A stretch of 64,000 nt of DNA from Okamejei kenojei (lineage: Eukaryota). The position numbers and the translations under genes are program-made. Positions 34,761-49,184 of this stretch are shown piece after piece. The DNA lies in NCBI GenBank assembly GCA_035221665.1, contig CM069174.1, forward strand, positions 8,866,001 through 8,930,000, written 5' to 3'. Positions within the stretch are counted from its first letter, which is position 1; each line of letters opens with the position of its first letter. A model generated the notes under the pieces. It was not told the DNA's origin. It did not search any database and saw nothing but the letters and a program-made list of their open reading frames with translations.

Positions 34761-37700
34761 TTGTGCAATTTGTGGAATAAAGAAAATATTCTACTTGTGC
34801 AATAAAGCAAATATACAGTAAAATTCAGGTGAATTTAATGCAGTTAGAAACACAACCTTCCCACCACCAATATGTTCAACATGTTCAGGAAACATTCTGA
34901 GGGTTCCCATCTGTCACTTATCAAGAAACTTAAATCCTTTTTTCCCTTATCAAGGCCACATCTCTCTACCTTTGTATTTCCAGAACGGTTCTGAGAAAGG
35001 TCACCTTCTCCCATCTCTTCCATCCACGTGTAACAATGTAGTATTGTCTAATCTTTGCTGACCTAAGAAACCACCCGTTCCTACACTTTTGTCAATAATG
35101 CGCGACCAATGGTCCCACCCACCCTCCTGGCAGTGCCATCTCAGAGCTTCCACATCCCAGGAACAAACGTCCACTTCTCCCTCTGCCCCAAACAAGCATC
35201 TGCATCCTACAGCCCTTTACCTTCATCACAATGGTTAGTCCTAGAACTGCCATATCTCAACTCATCTTTGGCACTTTGGACAAACCAGTCTCCCCTATTC
35301 CGCATCTTCAGACACCCACAACTTCATCCAGTGTGCCTCCACGTGCTACAATTCCTTTCCTGGTTTAACAGCTTCATCAGAAATGCTCCCACAACCCACC
35401 AACCACTCTTCAAAAAACTCTCAACTATCAATTGTACATCTACCACATACAATTCCTTCCAGTGGCCAGCATTACCTGCCTTAACTAACTTAAATATCCT
35501 GAATATTCTAATGCCTCAATATTTTGATCACTCAAAAAAAAAAGATTGGTAAATTAACTTCCAATGGTAATCAACGTGACTGAGTTGGTTTCCACACAAA
35601 TAACCACATAGTCCAATTTTACTCCAAAATTTCTAATAAAACAGGACACATTTTTCACATACCACCCATCTTTGGCATGTTATTTTCCATCACACAATGA
35701 TATCTAATGCATTGCAAATAATGCCGCAGGATAGCCACTAGTAGACTAAAATATTTTGGAGAAGACTGGAAATCCTGATAAGAATCATGGTTTTAATGGC
35801 TTGTGAACGATACACACGAGAGGAAGATAATTTATCGGAAATTTCAGTATAAATAGAGGATTGCATTAGAGACTGACCCATGCCATTGGAATTTGCATTT
35901 GACTCCAACTCTCAAGGACAGAAGGATGAGCAGTTCAAATGACAGGAGTCAGCCAGTTCAGACCAGGTCAGAGCATTGCCTTACTGAAATAAATGTCAAC
36001 AAAGTGGGATGTATTAATAGCTTTAGAGCAGGCACTGGAAATTATTCTGCCTAGTTTATGGTCCTGTCAGGTGAGGATCATAAACTGATTTACTATTATA
36101 AACTAAATACAGGCCATTTACCCAACTAATCTCCTGAGGCCAAATAACTGGATTTTTCATAGGCATCCCTGTCCACTACATGTTATGTAGTAGTTGGCCA
36201 AAACCTCGTTCTATGCCTCTACTCCGGAAAGGGGCTTTGTGTGGGCCAAGCACTTCCCGTACCAAATGTGAAATGGTTTAAAGAAAAGCCCAACTAAATC
36301 TACACTGCAACGTGCAATAGGAACACAACATATTGATAATTTGTTGCACAAAGGGACATGCAGGGTATTGCATTTATCCAAAAAGGAGTGTGCCATACAC
36401 TCCCTCAAACCTGCTCTGCCACTCAATACGATCAACTCTACTTGATTGCCAAATTCCAATAACCCTAGATTGCCCTGTTATCCAAAATCTCTCTAAACCT
36501 TGGAATATACATTAATTGACTTGGCATTCAAAGCTCTGAGCTAGAAAATTCCAAAGATCTGCACAAACTATTTAAAAGATGCATGTGGTACAAATTCATC
36601 CTTAAAGGCTTTCACTGAAAAAATACTTGACAAACCACAATTAGAGAGAGGAAAAAAAACTTTGAAAAATAAAACTCTTGTAATGCAGAAATGTAAGTTA
36701 GGATAGAACAACACTGAAGAAACCAGCTGCAATCTTCATTTTTTTTTTGCAATTATACAGATTATAAACTGATTTGCTACTTGAATGCAACTATCATTTA
36801 ATAAAGCTCAATCCCCTCTATACCAAATTCCTGAGGAAATGCGATCTCACAGATTTGTTAAAAATTGTTATTATGGCAGTGGGAGCCCAAATGGCCTGTC
36901 TCCAGGGAAAGAGGAGGAAATACAACAGGGGCACTGATTTCTATTTAGTAATTCACACAGGGCTAATAAATTGCATGTTGACGTTTGCTGAGAGCTGAAT
37001 CAGGCTCAGCTGTCATGCTACTGCACTCAATTACTTTGCTAAAACCTAGTGAATACTCTCACACGTAGACAGTCACTTAGACAAGAGGATGTGATGTAAA
37101 TACATGTACACCAGCGTCAATCAGCATTCGGGGAAAATACAGGAGGAAAAAAAATTAGAAGACCATACTGAAGATTTATTTTTTTTAAATGGGAATAAAT
37201 TAAACACATGTTAAATTCAATTTTTTAACCTTAAACCATAAATTTACAAAAGCCGACAAAATGACCAATTCGAAGTGGACAATGCTGATTGAAAACCCCA
37301 GATAGAAGATAGAATAGGATTAGTTGTAAAGAATTTGCGAAGATAGAAAGAATCATAACACCGAGCAAAATAGATTACAATCTTGTGGCTGCACGCAAAG
37401 AACTATCCTTCACGGTGAACAGTCGGTCTGAATTTTCAGCATCTTCTGAAAAATGCGATCTTTGAACCTCATGTGACACTGATATGACACTCTCTGGCTT
37501 AGATAGGTAAGTGACACGTGATAAAGTGCACAAATGGCAGAACGTACCATATATTTACAGTAAACTTTCACCAATGAAGGCAATGTTACCATCAAGTAAC
37601 GAACAACAATGTGATAACAGCACACTCAATTGAGAATGAAGTTATTTGCTTTTTATCTCAAAATGATCGTTTAGAATACCAAACAATGGAAGGTAGTGCC

Positions 37701-39389
37701 GAGAATACTTCAACTCAATCCTCTGTCTCGATGGTAACATTCAATATCGTGCATTCAATTGCACTGTATTTTGTCTGGTTTGCGCATTATGTTTGAAAGT
37801 AATGAACATTTTAAACACACCATTAGGCCATAGTAGTGGTTAATAAGATTGGTTAGTTGGAATGGGTTTTTTTTTTGCTTGAAAAATGACCTCCTGCAAT
37901 TGCACAGAAGATGCTGCAGGAAATGCAGTGGATATTGGGAGTGATTGAAAAGTTGGCCAGCTGGTCCCCTCAAATTCATAGGGGGGGGGGGGGGGGGGAA
38001 GGAAAAGTTTTTGGTATTGCCACTATGCTGGAAGTTGCAAAAATGGCATTGGCTGATGGGATGAATAAGTGTGGGAGCTAACAGCAGGCAAGGTCCATTA
38101 TGGCTCGGGTAAGATATGTTATCAATGACAAAACAGCTTTGAAGACCACAGGCCTAGGTCTTGTTCTCCAATTAATTTCACTGGGAAAAGACAATTCCAA
38201 TATAAGCTGGCGGGACATGAATAAATACCTTTCCTTCAATAACTTCCAAATAATCACAAATGTATTGCATTCACTTTTGCCAATCACAAGATGGCATTAC
38301 ACAAATTCATGTAGATTTGTTATAGAAGCTCAGTTGATCAGTAATACAAACCCAGCAAAAGGAACAAGCTACATTGAGTAATTGTATGCCAACTAATTTA
38401 ATTAACTAAAACACATAATGAAGTATTCTAAACAACGGTTTGCAGGATTCACCGATCATTTGCACAAGCGTTAAATGATCATCTACCGCAGGTAGTGAAC
38501 TAACAATGAAGTTAGCTTTAGGATGTTAGTTTCATCAGCTATGAAAGGCACCATGTAATTTCCCCAAATTCGGTTTTAATGTTAAGCCGGCAATTTTCCC
38601 CATTCTAGAGGTAGAAGAGGCTCTGGAGCATTCAATTCAAAGAAAACATCTCACTGGGCGTGTGCTCAGCCACAATTAAATATACAGGTTTCCATCACCC
38701 AGCAAATCTCCCATTTATCATCACCGCCCACCCCAATGCACAAATGGTATTTAAGACAGTGGCAGCCCTTCCATTAAAGGTTAAAGAGCACTTTGGCTTA
38801 CCTTTTTTTCTAAAGTAAATCATGTATTTGTAACCCAGCTGATTTTATCTTGTGAACTACCACCTAGCATGGCTGTATAAGGTAAAACACAATAATTTAG
38901 GGGATTTTAAATTTAGGGGATTTTTCTCTTCTCAGTCTGTTTTTACAGAAATAAAGTGGCACCTGATCAACTGGCAAGAACGAAAAGACCACAGATATCT
39001 CCATTTCAGAACTGCATATCACAAATCAGTTGCGCTGCTACCCAAGGGCATATTTACGTAATTGAACCTTGTAAAAAGATTCCAATAATATTCTTAATTT
39101 AATTTCCTCCCTTAAAAAATATGTAGATCTAAAATTGAGTGTTTGCAGTTGATGCAAAAACATTGGGACAGAAAGTTACTTTACTTCCAAGCTTTCTTTC
39201 AACAGACCAGTTAATATGTATTCTTCAGGAATTCTACTCAATTTCAGTAATTCATGTGGAAATGGGAAACCAGAGAAAAATAGGCAACAAATATCTCCCA
39301 GGGAGTTAACAGCAAACCTCCCAGACAGCAACCCAACACATTACAATTTGCACGCTTAATTGTAGCTGGTTATGATTATGCTGGTTTGT

Positions 39390-39511
39390 GTGTAAGAAAG
39401 AACTGCAGATGCTGGTTTAAATCAAAGGTAGACACAAAATGCTGGAGTAACTCAGGCAGCATCTCTGAAGAGAAGGAATGGGTGACGTTTCGAGTCGAGA
39501 CCCTTCTTCAG
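39390..39511 (-). mobile_element. Short PLE-derived hammerhead-core element
   Basis: Full terminus AAGAAAGAACTGCAGATGCTGG...GGTGACGTTTCGAGTCGAGACCCTTCTTCAG. Confidence 0.85.
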
Positions 39512-40448
39512 TTAATTGCGCATGTTTTCATGTCCTTTGTGGCACAAGAATCATCAATTAATTTGTGGCAGAAGAATCATTATTAATTTTCCAGGTATGT
39601 CTGCTCTTATCCTTGATATTCTTCAGTCTGGTTTTTGTTTGGTTATTTAATGAATATTTCACACAAGTATATCAACAAGCTGTGGAATGCCTTTGCCACA
39701 CCTATTACATTTATGTACTATTCTATGTGAAGGATTGGGCATGGAAGTTATTTTACTGTAATCTTATGTTCAAACCAAGTTCTAAGTTTACCAATAATTA
39801 CACACCAATGTACCTCATCTTCTATCCTGTAAGAATTACTTATTATTTAATCATGCTCTCTGCAAGATTAGATAACCAATTTCTATCCTCCTCATTTTCA
39901 AACTTAAATGTTTGCAGTTGACAATTGTTGCTTGAGCATTGACAAAAAATAGGTTGACAAGCGCGAGCTTCAAATGTAAACATTAATATACATCTTGCCT
40001 TGGTAATGTCCATATCTACAGGAGCCTCAAACATCACCTCATGACACAAAATTAGAGATAACAATGTAAAGAGGTTCACGGGGATATAGCCAACATATGC
40101 TAATGAATGAGAATACAGCAGATAGAACGTAATACGAGATCTTTAACTTTGGTAGATAAAACAAAAGAGCAGATTTTTTTTTGATTTTTTAAAAATGGCG
40201 GCAGATTAGGAAACATTACTGCCTACAATTCAAGGAAAGTAAATGTGCAGATGCAACAAGCAATTAGGTAAGGCAAATAGTGCACTTGCCAATATTACAA
40301 GAGGATTTAAATACAGAAGTATATATGTCACGTTTCATTGTTTTTGGAGTGTATTAACTTCCCTTTTAATCTTTGGAACAGCTGCTGTACAAAGAATTTA
40401 ACATGAAGTTCACTTGTTGCCTCTCTTCGAACAGGATTCCACCCACTA

Positions 40449-40709
<261 letters not shown>

Positions 40710-40859
40710 TCAATGAAGTGAAAGATGACAATGCTTGAAAGCAAAGGATTTTTCATTTTCTGGAATTCAAAGTGATGTAGAGCTGGTACATACTTTGAAA
40801 TGTGAAAGACATTTTAGAACGTGTCAAATAGACCAAGTGGCAATAGTAAACCTAATAAA

Positions 40860-41250
40860 TAATTTGTGTGCATAAGACATGATCATATCTCAGGGCACTC
40901 CAATTAATTTCTATGGACCACAGACACTTGTTTAAATGCAGCAGCCATTTTATGCACAGTAAAGATCTCACATACAAATGAAATGAGCAAGCCGTTGACG
41001 ATTTTCATTGCAGCTAGATACGCTTGTTAAATTTCCTGGCTTTTAACTGGTGCCCATCGACTCAACACTTCACACCTGCAACACTTACAAATGTGCAAGT
41101 GTGATGCTGAGGTGTAATGCAGGAAGACTCATCCAAAGATCTGACATTGTGGCACCTCTCTGGTGCTGCATTCCAGACTTTGTACTCAAGCATTAGACGA
41201 GATCTGGATAGAGAACCTTCAGAGGCAAGAATTCTGCCAACTAAACCAGT
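40860..41250 (-). mobile_element. Ancient Deu-domain SINE, decayed
   Basis: GCAGCAGCCATTTTATGCACAGTAAAGATCTCACA and CTCATCCAAAGA...GTACTCAAG...GAACCTTCAGAGGCAAGA are reverse-strand Deu-SINE blocks. Confidence 0.55.
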
Positions 41251-41604
41251 GAATGAAAATAACTTCCAGATAAACCACACACACCAAGGTGATGTTAATG
41301 CCCAGTTGAATAGTTGGTCAGACTGTCAGGTACAACCTGGCCCTTATGTTATTGACAATAGCAGCATTTAAATATCTACAAGGAACACAGTCAAAAGATA
41401 TCAAAAGCACCAACCGAGCCTATTAACATGAGTAGCATCAAAAGTGACTACATATTTACGTCAACCAATTCCACTCAGTTCAAGTTGCAATTAGATGTAG
41501 ACACAAAAAAATACAGGTGCTGGAACCTGGAACAAAAAAAATGGAACCCTCCAAGGAACAGTGATTTAAGCGTTCTTGCCAAAACTGAACAGAAAACACA
41601 TTTC

Positions 41605-41885
41605 ATTAGCAAAACACAAAAACTGCTGGAGGAACTCAGTGGGTCAGGCCACATTTGTGGAGGAAAAATGATAGATAATGCTTCGAGCCGGGTCCCTTCT
41701 TCAGACTCGGTCAAACTAGTTGTCGCACAGATCACAAGATTAAAAATGCACTGGAAATATTTATATAGTGCCGACTCAAAATGTCACCTGTGCATCTCCC
41801 TCCATGGATGCTGGCTGACCTGCTGAGTTCCTCCAGCAGTTTGTTTTTTTTGCTCAAGATTCCAGCATTTACAGTCTCGTGTCAA
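41605..41885. mobile_element. Older fold-back PLE-derived element
   Basis: AAACTGCTGGAGGAACTCAG...GGTCAG at the left, with the inverted CTGACC.GCTGAGTTCCTCCAGCAGTTTG at about 41815-41843. Confidence 0.75.
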
Positions 41886-42589
41886 CACGTTTCATTAGAT
41901 ATCTTTCTGTGAACACAGCATGGTGGTAATAAACAATTCTAAATTTCTTCCAGTAAAGTTTGTGCTCGTGCTGAGGGACACCAATACTGAGAAAATAATT
42001 TTATTGAGGGGGAAAAAAAAAAAAATTGCAATTGGCAACCACAGGTCTAATATTGCATAGGTCTGGCGCAGGATAAAACCTTCTGCCTCAACAACTACAG
42101 AAGAACTACTCCTGCTGTATCAGTAATTATTTCCATTCCCAATGCCTCAAACCTTCACTGAATTTAACGGCAACTCATTGTAGTCGTGCGCTGTGAAACC
42201 AAAGCGGCCCCAAATTGGTTACATTTCATGTCGTAGTTACGTTGCAGAAGTCCTCTTATGGGTCAAGAAAGAAAAAGCAAAATAGCAAGAACCAAAAAAA
42301 AGTGCTGCAAGATCATTTGCAGGAAGTTTTCACAAAGGAAATGTATATATGTGCAAGCTGAATTCTGTTGTCCTCAACAAGTTCTGTTGCCAGAACTGAT
42401 TGAACATAGCAACTTCCATCTGTTTGCTCTAATAGGTGCCTACATTCTGCTCCCAGGGGCAGAAATAAATGCCCAAACTTCATGGGAAAATAAATCAACA
42501 AGTGAGTTCAAACAACTGCCACCACAGATAGAGACTTTAAATCCCCACGATACGTCACTCCATTTCCTTATTTGTGTAAACATACTTAC

Positions 42590-42850
42590 CAGTGTGGCTC
42601 CTCTTATGTACCATAAGAACATTCGGTCCGATGCAGACCATTCCGCATAGATCACACTTCAGTTTTCCATTTGGAAGGCGAATCCCTCCAGGAGAATGAG
42701 GTCCCTGCCCCGTCCCCTCACAGAATCCTAGCGGCTCCGTCAAAGACTCATCCGCAATGACTGCTTCATCTTTATCACTAGCGCCATCCTCCTGTGCCAG
42801 AAGTTTCCCTGCCTCTTCATCGCTGCACATCTCAACCTTGATGGAGTTGG
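42590..42850 (-). CDS. IKZF4: IKZF4 exon encoding zinc finger 1
   Basis: Acceptor CATTTGCAG|CC, donor G|GTAAGT, 261 nt. Encodes [13 protein letters not shown]...[49 protein letters not shown]. Confidence 0.96.
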
Positions 42851-43146
42851 CTGCAAATGAACATCAGAAATGTCAGATGGAGCCATAAGATGACAGGGCT
42901 AGCTAGACACACACCAAGTACGGGTGTTCAAGGTGAGCCAGGTGGCAACAAGTGTGCAGCAATCAAACTTTCAGCGCCCTCGTGGAGTCAAATATCTGCA
43001 AGCTTGAAGCAAGAGAGGACCCAGCACTACAGGTGACCCAATGCCAAATCTCACACGGGAGATGACTGCTCACAGAAAATGTGGGAAGAAAAAAAATCCA
43101 ATTCTACAGTACTGTTGTCCTTCAGCTTACGAGCACACAGTGAACA

Positions 43147-43490
43147 TCTATCTATATATCTATGTGTATGTATGTATATGTAGATATATGTATGTATGTT
43201 CCCGAAATACAGCCAAAACGGTACACAATAGCGCAACAATTTTAGGGGCGCCTTACTCACCATTCGCCTGCGGTGTGCAGTAGCACGTTTCGTTATATTT
43301 TAAATCACCTTTTATAAACTTTAACTTATACTGTGAATGGGACAAGTTTCAACGTGGCAGCCACACCTGCTCAGTGCGCTCCCACTTGCCGGACCCATTA
43401 GCCACGTCTGCGCAGTTGTGGGAAGGGTTGCTGGGCCCGGTGGCGGCACATACAGAAGGAACGAAGAGACGGAATTTGCACAGCCTTTTA
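43147..43490 (+). mobile_element. Possible Helitron-derived 5' fragment
   Basis: Begins A|TCTATCTATATAT, then (TATG)n, then a CpG-richer body. No clear 3' hairpin plus CTRR end. Confidence 0.35.
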
Positions 43491-43879
43491 ATTGAATTGA
43501 GTAATTGCAACATTTTAGCGACTTTGGATCATACCACAGCAGACCTAAAATCCTTCTTCCTAGAAGCTATACGCAGAACAAAATGCATACAGGTCCATTC
43601 AAAGTTTGGAAATGGACAAAATTTAACTCGAGTATATGATAATAGCAAGTTGAGAGCACCAGGAAGCACTATGGGGCAGTTACAACAGCAGGAGCATATT
43701 GAAATGAAGACCACTTGCTGAGAAAAGAAAAATGGAACTTACTACAACTGCCAGAAACAACTAAGCCTGTAACACTTGGGTAGCTTACAACTCAGCTGTA
43801 TGACCTGTTTATGTAGTGTACAATCCAATGGTATGCACAATAAATTCTCCAATTTCAAGTACTATCTCCACTACACGTC

Positions 43880-44305
43880 ACCCGCCCTCCCCGTACACAC
43901 ACAGTTATCCCACTCCCACATTCACCCTACTCCTTCCCCGCCTTTGTACATTAATCTCCCACATTTTCCTTTTATCCCTGCTTTCCCCCACTCCAACCAA
44001 CCCAAGCCTCCGGATTTACATTTGACTCCTTTTCTTTCCACATCCGACACCCTTTTGTCCCTCTTTCATCTCCAGCTGTTGGCACTATCTCCACCCATCT
44101 GCCAATCTACCCCCTCACCTGTATCCACCTCTCACTTGCCATATTGTGTCACACCCCCACCTCTCTTATCCAGGTTTAGCCCCCTCCACCCACCCTCCCC
44201 ACCACACTCCAATCAATCTGAAGAAGGGGGCCGACCCCAAACGTCAGCTGTTCGTTCCGTCCACAGAAGCTGCCTGACCCGCTGAGTTCCTCCAGCACTT
44301 TAAAA
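43880..44305 (+). mobile_element. Penelope-like 3'UTR (pyrimidine-rich) and terminus
   Basis: Reverse complement of 4270-4550. Ends CTGAAGAAGGGGGCCGACCCCAAACGTC...GCTGAGTTCCTCCAGCAC. Confidence 0.75.
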
Positions 44306-44861
44306 AAAAAATTAGAGCCTTTGACACTGCTGTTTACTTGCTCATTGCCTCGTGTTCTCAACTGCTTACCAGTGATTATCTGCCTTCAGCTAAGAGGGAA
44401 TAGGTACGGAGCGTGAATTTTCCCACAACAAATAGTGAATACAACAAGTAAAACAATCTAAAAGAAGATTTGCACAGAGTTCAGCATTTGAGATATATGG
44501 CTTATTTTACATAAACACGACTACGCTGATAATGTATATTTTGTTCTGGTCAAACAAAGTAATACAAAACAATGCTGGGAAATGAAACATTTCCACCTTT
44601 GGTATATCTTCTCTGCATCAAGCATACATATTGCAAATAAAATTATGACCCCAGTATGGCGTCCCAAATCATCATCAAGGTAAATTGTCGGCTTAAAGAT
44701 CCCAGTAAGAGGAGCTTACCAAATGCTAGTGCTTTAAAGCTATACTGCTCAAGAGATGGATAATACGTTTGAAAATGATTTCAGGGAGAACAGGTGGGAG
44801 GAGGTTGGGGTGGTGGGGGGGATGGGGGGTAACTTTTATGGTTTGAGCTGTGCAGTAATCA

Positions 44862-44978
44862 GCCTGAAGAAGGGTCTCGACCCGAAACGTCACCCATTCC
44901 TTCTCTCCAGAGATGCTGCCCGTCCCGCTGAGTTACTCCAGCATTTTGTGTCTATCTTCGATGTTCCTTCCGACACAA
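44862..44978 (+). mobile_element. Short PLE-derived element with intact hammerhead core (44864-44891)
   Basis: CTGAAGA-A-GGGTC-TC-GACCC-GAAAC-GTC-ACCC followed by the family 3' end. Confidence 0.88.
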
Positions 44979-47025
44979 TCCATTCTTTGATTTGGTAGTA
45001 ACAAATTAGCTATGAATATGTGTTACTCGAGAAACAGACCATTTCAGAAATAATCCACATATCCAAAAGAACACTTTTACAGATTAAATTGTCCCGGAGA
45101 ACTTCACCACCCACTTCCCTGCTCCCTCCACCAGCATAGTGGCCACCTATCAAAGTTCATCTTTCAACCAGGAGATTGGTCAGTTTGGACTAAAGCCTTC
45201 ATTACAGCAGCATTTAACACCACTCAGTAGTCAGAAAACAGAGCTTCAGACACACACTACACTCCTATTTCTTTCACCTCCTATAAACAGAAGCCGAGCA
45301 TTCACTATATTAAGTTCAATCTCGAGAGCAATCACGTGACACAATTAGTGCTGTACCTGGACCACAATAACATTTTACACAAAATACTTCTTTAATCTTG
45401 ACTGCTTTCTACCAACACGAAAAACAAGCAACATTTTTTTTAATAACCCAGGTTAAAGATAAAACATTACCTGCAATTTGAAATTTATTTTTCTTTAAAA
45501 TTCGATGAAGATTCATAATTGGACTTTACAAGCAGCTCGAAGGTCAATGAAATAACAGGGGATTACAATTGTAACAGCTAAATTTGAAACAAAAACACTG
45601 CTTCATAGAATTCACACTGCTTTATAATTGTCCAGGAGAGAATTTATCCAATTTAACTTCAGGGATTAAATTCACAAATGCATTCAGTTTAAAAAGGAAA
45701 AAAAAAGATTCTAACAGATTCAATCCCGTGGATGAAATGCATCCATGCAATTTATCATTGTGCTCGAGTCATAAGCCAAACTGACAGAATCAACAAACCA
45801 TCCCCATAGTACAATTCCCATAATCCTTGGCCTTTCAGTTCTACGAATGCAAAATTAGTCTGAATAAAAAACAAAGACTTTCTACTTTATGTATTAAAAT
45901 ATCCAATTCAAAAACTGTCATGGCAACCAGTGGATTTGCCATGGTAGCAGACCACTCTGGTCCAGTAGTAAATGCCTGCTGAGAACCAACTGGAAGTCTC
46001 AAACATAACGAGCAAAAACAAACTGCCATTTAAAATGCAGGTCATATTTTCCATCTATTTCTTTTTATCTATTTGTTTCTTTCCAATTTTCTCCTTTTGT
46101 GTATTTGCTAGGATACGATTCTATTGCTGATGCAGTACCTTGTCCAGGTGGCTATTCATTTGAGAGCTTTGACAGGAAGTTAACAGCTTATTTATTCAAT
46201 ATTTTAAAAAAAATATTCAAGAAGAGGCAAGAGGAAAGTGGGGGTTTGAACAAAAAAAAATGAATATTACAGCTGACCTCAATTTGCCTTCACCATAAAG
46301 GAGCATCCGGAGCTGGAATCATGACTGGTTTAATAATATCCACCTAATCACAGGAGCACCAAGGCTCACATTACGACAGTTACGCTCACTTAATATGGCA
46401 TATACTGCCAGTAAAATCTGGAACCCTGTGTTTGGTACAGCTTTGGATGACACCCAAGCGGTGCCCAGATCCATTACTAACTTGGTTGCCAGGTGGGACC
46501 CATTGTCCTTTACCCTTTTAAAACCTCTCATTTTTTTGATTTACATTGCCCAACTTTAGCAAGACTGCTCTTAAATCAGCAAGGAGTCCCAAGATCATCT
46601 TGGGGATGATTCAGCTGGGCATTTGCATCCCCCTCAAGCGCTATCCAACATGGTAGCGCATATTGGAACTTAAAGCTTGCATTATAGTACAGAGGAAGAG
46701 CAACCCCAGGCCGATTCCATGCCAAACTTAGCATAAGGAGCAGAAGTGCACCATTGTCCTGTCGAGATCACTCTATCAATCATTAAGATCTTGGCCGATC
46801 ATGTACCTCTGCGCCATTTTCCAGCATTACCCTCATAAACCTCCATTCTCTCGATGCCGAGATATCAGACTTCTGTTTTGAATTAACATAATGATCAAGT
46901 CCACATAACATTCCTTGGCAGAGAATTCGAAAGTTTCACCACCCTAAGGGAAGAAATGTTTCATCTCTACTCACCAGCTATTCTAAAAAGTTGCCAACCT
47001 CAGCCAACCTACTACCATTGCTGCA

Positions 47026-47525
47026 ATAGACACAAAATGCTGGAGTAACTCAGCGGGCAGGCAGCATCTCTGGAGAGAAGGAATATGTGACGTTTCGGGT
47101 CGAGACCCTGGCAACTTTATATGCCTCTTTTAATTTAATACCACCCGCATTCTCAAGTCAGTCTACTGATGAATTACTTGCCCTGTTGTTTTTTTGTGCA
47201 TTCACTTTTTTTTGAAATGTGGACTATTTCTTTAAAATGCTAATCACTGTCTGTCCACCATCATGCCTTTCAACGTGTTCTCCCAATGTACCACAGCCAA
47301 CTCTTCTACCCTCATGCCTTCATTGTATTATATGTTTAATTTAAACCCCAAGTTTTACAATGTTTTACATCATTGATCACATTATGGTCACTCTTCCCCA
47401 AAGGCCCCTTGACAAAAGTTGTCTAACCATTGATAGACACAAAATGCTGGAGCAACTCAGAGGGTCAGGCAGCATCTCTGGAGAAAGGGAATAGGTGATG
47501 TTTCGAGTCGAGACCCTTCAGACTG
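47026..47525 (-). mobile_element. Two short PLE-derived elements (47026-47109 and 47433-47525)
   Basis: Both read ATAGACACAAAATGCTGGAG.AACTCAG...GGCAGCATCTCTGGAGA...GTTTCG.GTCGAGACCCT. Confidence 0.85.
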
Positions 47526-47559
47526 GATGAAGTCAACAGACTTCATCACTCATTAACTA

Positions 47560-48245
47560 TCTAACAATTGCATCAAAGGAGATCTAAAATAGCTTTTCCC
47601 CAGTTGGTACCTCAATATATTTTATCAAAAAAAATCTTAAATACATTATAAGACTTCATCTTCCATCTTATTAAAGTAAACTTGATCCAGTCTCTATGTA
47701 GGTTAAAGTATCCCACAATTAAAGTATTATTCTTGTTAAACACATTTCCAATTTCCCGATTCATGACATGACCAACATTACAACCATTTTGTGGTCAATA
47801 AATAACTCCTTCCAATGCTTTTCTGCCTTCTGTTATTTCACCACTCAATCCAAATTGATTCCAATCGTACAACATCATGATCTGTTTTGTCAAGATCATT
47901 TCACACCACTGCACTAATCACTTCCCTTATTAGTGCTGGATCACTCCTTTCCTCTTTTTGCCTGCCCTTCCACAAAGTCAAATCCTCTGGACTAACTTGT
48001 TTCCAGTTTTGGTCACTCTGGAACCATGTTTCTATAATGGCAACAGGATCATACCAACATTTGTAGCTCATTGCAAATGCTGCAAACATTCAGATGCCAT
48101 GTATTTTCTCTACTTTTACCCCTTTGTTGTTCAACTTTGTTTTTACCATCTATTTATTTCACCATTTATGACATCCTCTTCCTGCCCTCTCACCGACCCA
48201 AATCCCCTTTTGAGGTTCCCATCTCCCTGCCAAACTGGTTTAAAT
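47560..48245 (-). mobile_element. Decayed CR1 ORF2 endonuclease region
   Basis: Minus translation YDPVAIIETWFQSDQNW...KGRQKEERSDPALIRE resembles the CR1 APE N-terminus (YDxVAITETWLQ...RKDRQxGKGGGVALLIRE). Confidence 0.55.
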
Positions 48246-49184
48246 AGTACTGGTAAACTGAGATGATTTTAGTTCTGCTACATGGAAGTAAATTGGAAAA
48301 TGCAACGTCAATTAATGTATTTGAATACGTGCAGCTTGCACTTAACTCTGGAAATTCAACATCTCAAATAATATTTGAAGTGTCTGAACAAAGAAACTAC
48401 AATTAATTCTATATGGAACTAACATGCAAGAGCACTTTCTTGTACATTAGTCTCATATAAAATTAAGTTTGCGACATTGAAAGGATACTTACTTCTTCTA
48501 CCACAACCTCCCTCTCCCCAAGGCAGAGAGATATTTGTTTTGTTGTTATTTTGTAAAAGGGTCTAATTATTGTTTCCCATATGTTGGACCATGCTAAGAT
48601 CAAGACACATTCTTCGCAGTATCTTGTCCTAGCACGCCTGAAATGAGTGTTCAGAATTTCAAACACAATCACGTCATTGAACTGTTGCACTCACTCGCTC
48701 CCCTCAAAATTATGAGCACTATCGTATTCTGGCTTTCTGAATTAAATTCAATGGTCAGTTAATTTAAGGCCTCTGTAGGGTTTGGACACCCATGTTTGAC
48801 TTACACTTCAGTGCAGCACAAAGGAGATGCTGCAGAGCCAGATTAAAAAAAATCGTTGGATAATCTGCAGAATTGTGATGACCATCATGATTATACGCTA
48901 AGCATTGAAAAGCAAAAAGTTCATCATGAACCTCAGTTAGCTTTCTTAGTAATAGCAGCTTAATTGATCATTTGTTGCACTGCAGATTGTCAGCTCTCAC
49001 TTTGTGTAACCCATTTCATCAGTTGCCTGCGTAAGCAGTCAAGGCACTTCAAAGAGATTGATTGTGTCTGAAACACTGATATTTCCAAGAAATGTTAAAA
49101 CGTTACATAATTTTTTTTTTGTTCTTTTGTCTACCTTGGTGTGTATAACATTGTTTTGCATGTTAAGATTATCAGATTATAAGA

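Noticed and set aside
34850-35520. 147-aa ORF 35109-35552 in a C-rich stretch
   Set aside because: Probably a heavily decayed LINE (L2-like) remnant, but too degenerate to assign; no splice or domain support.
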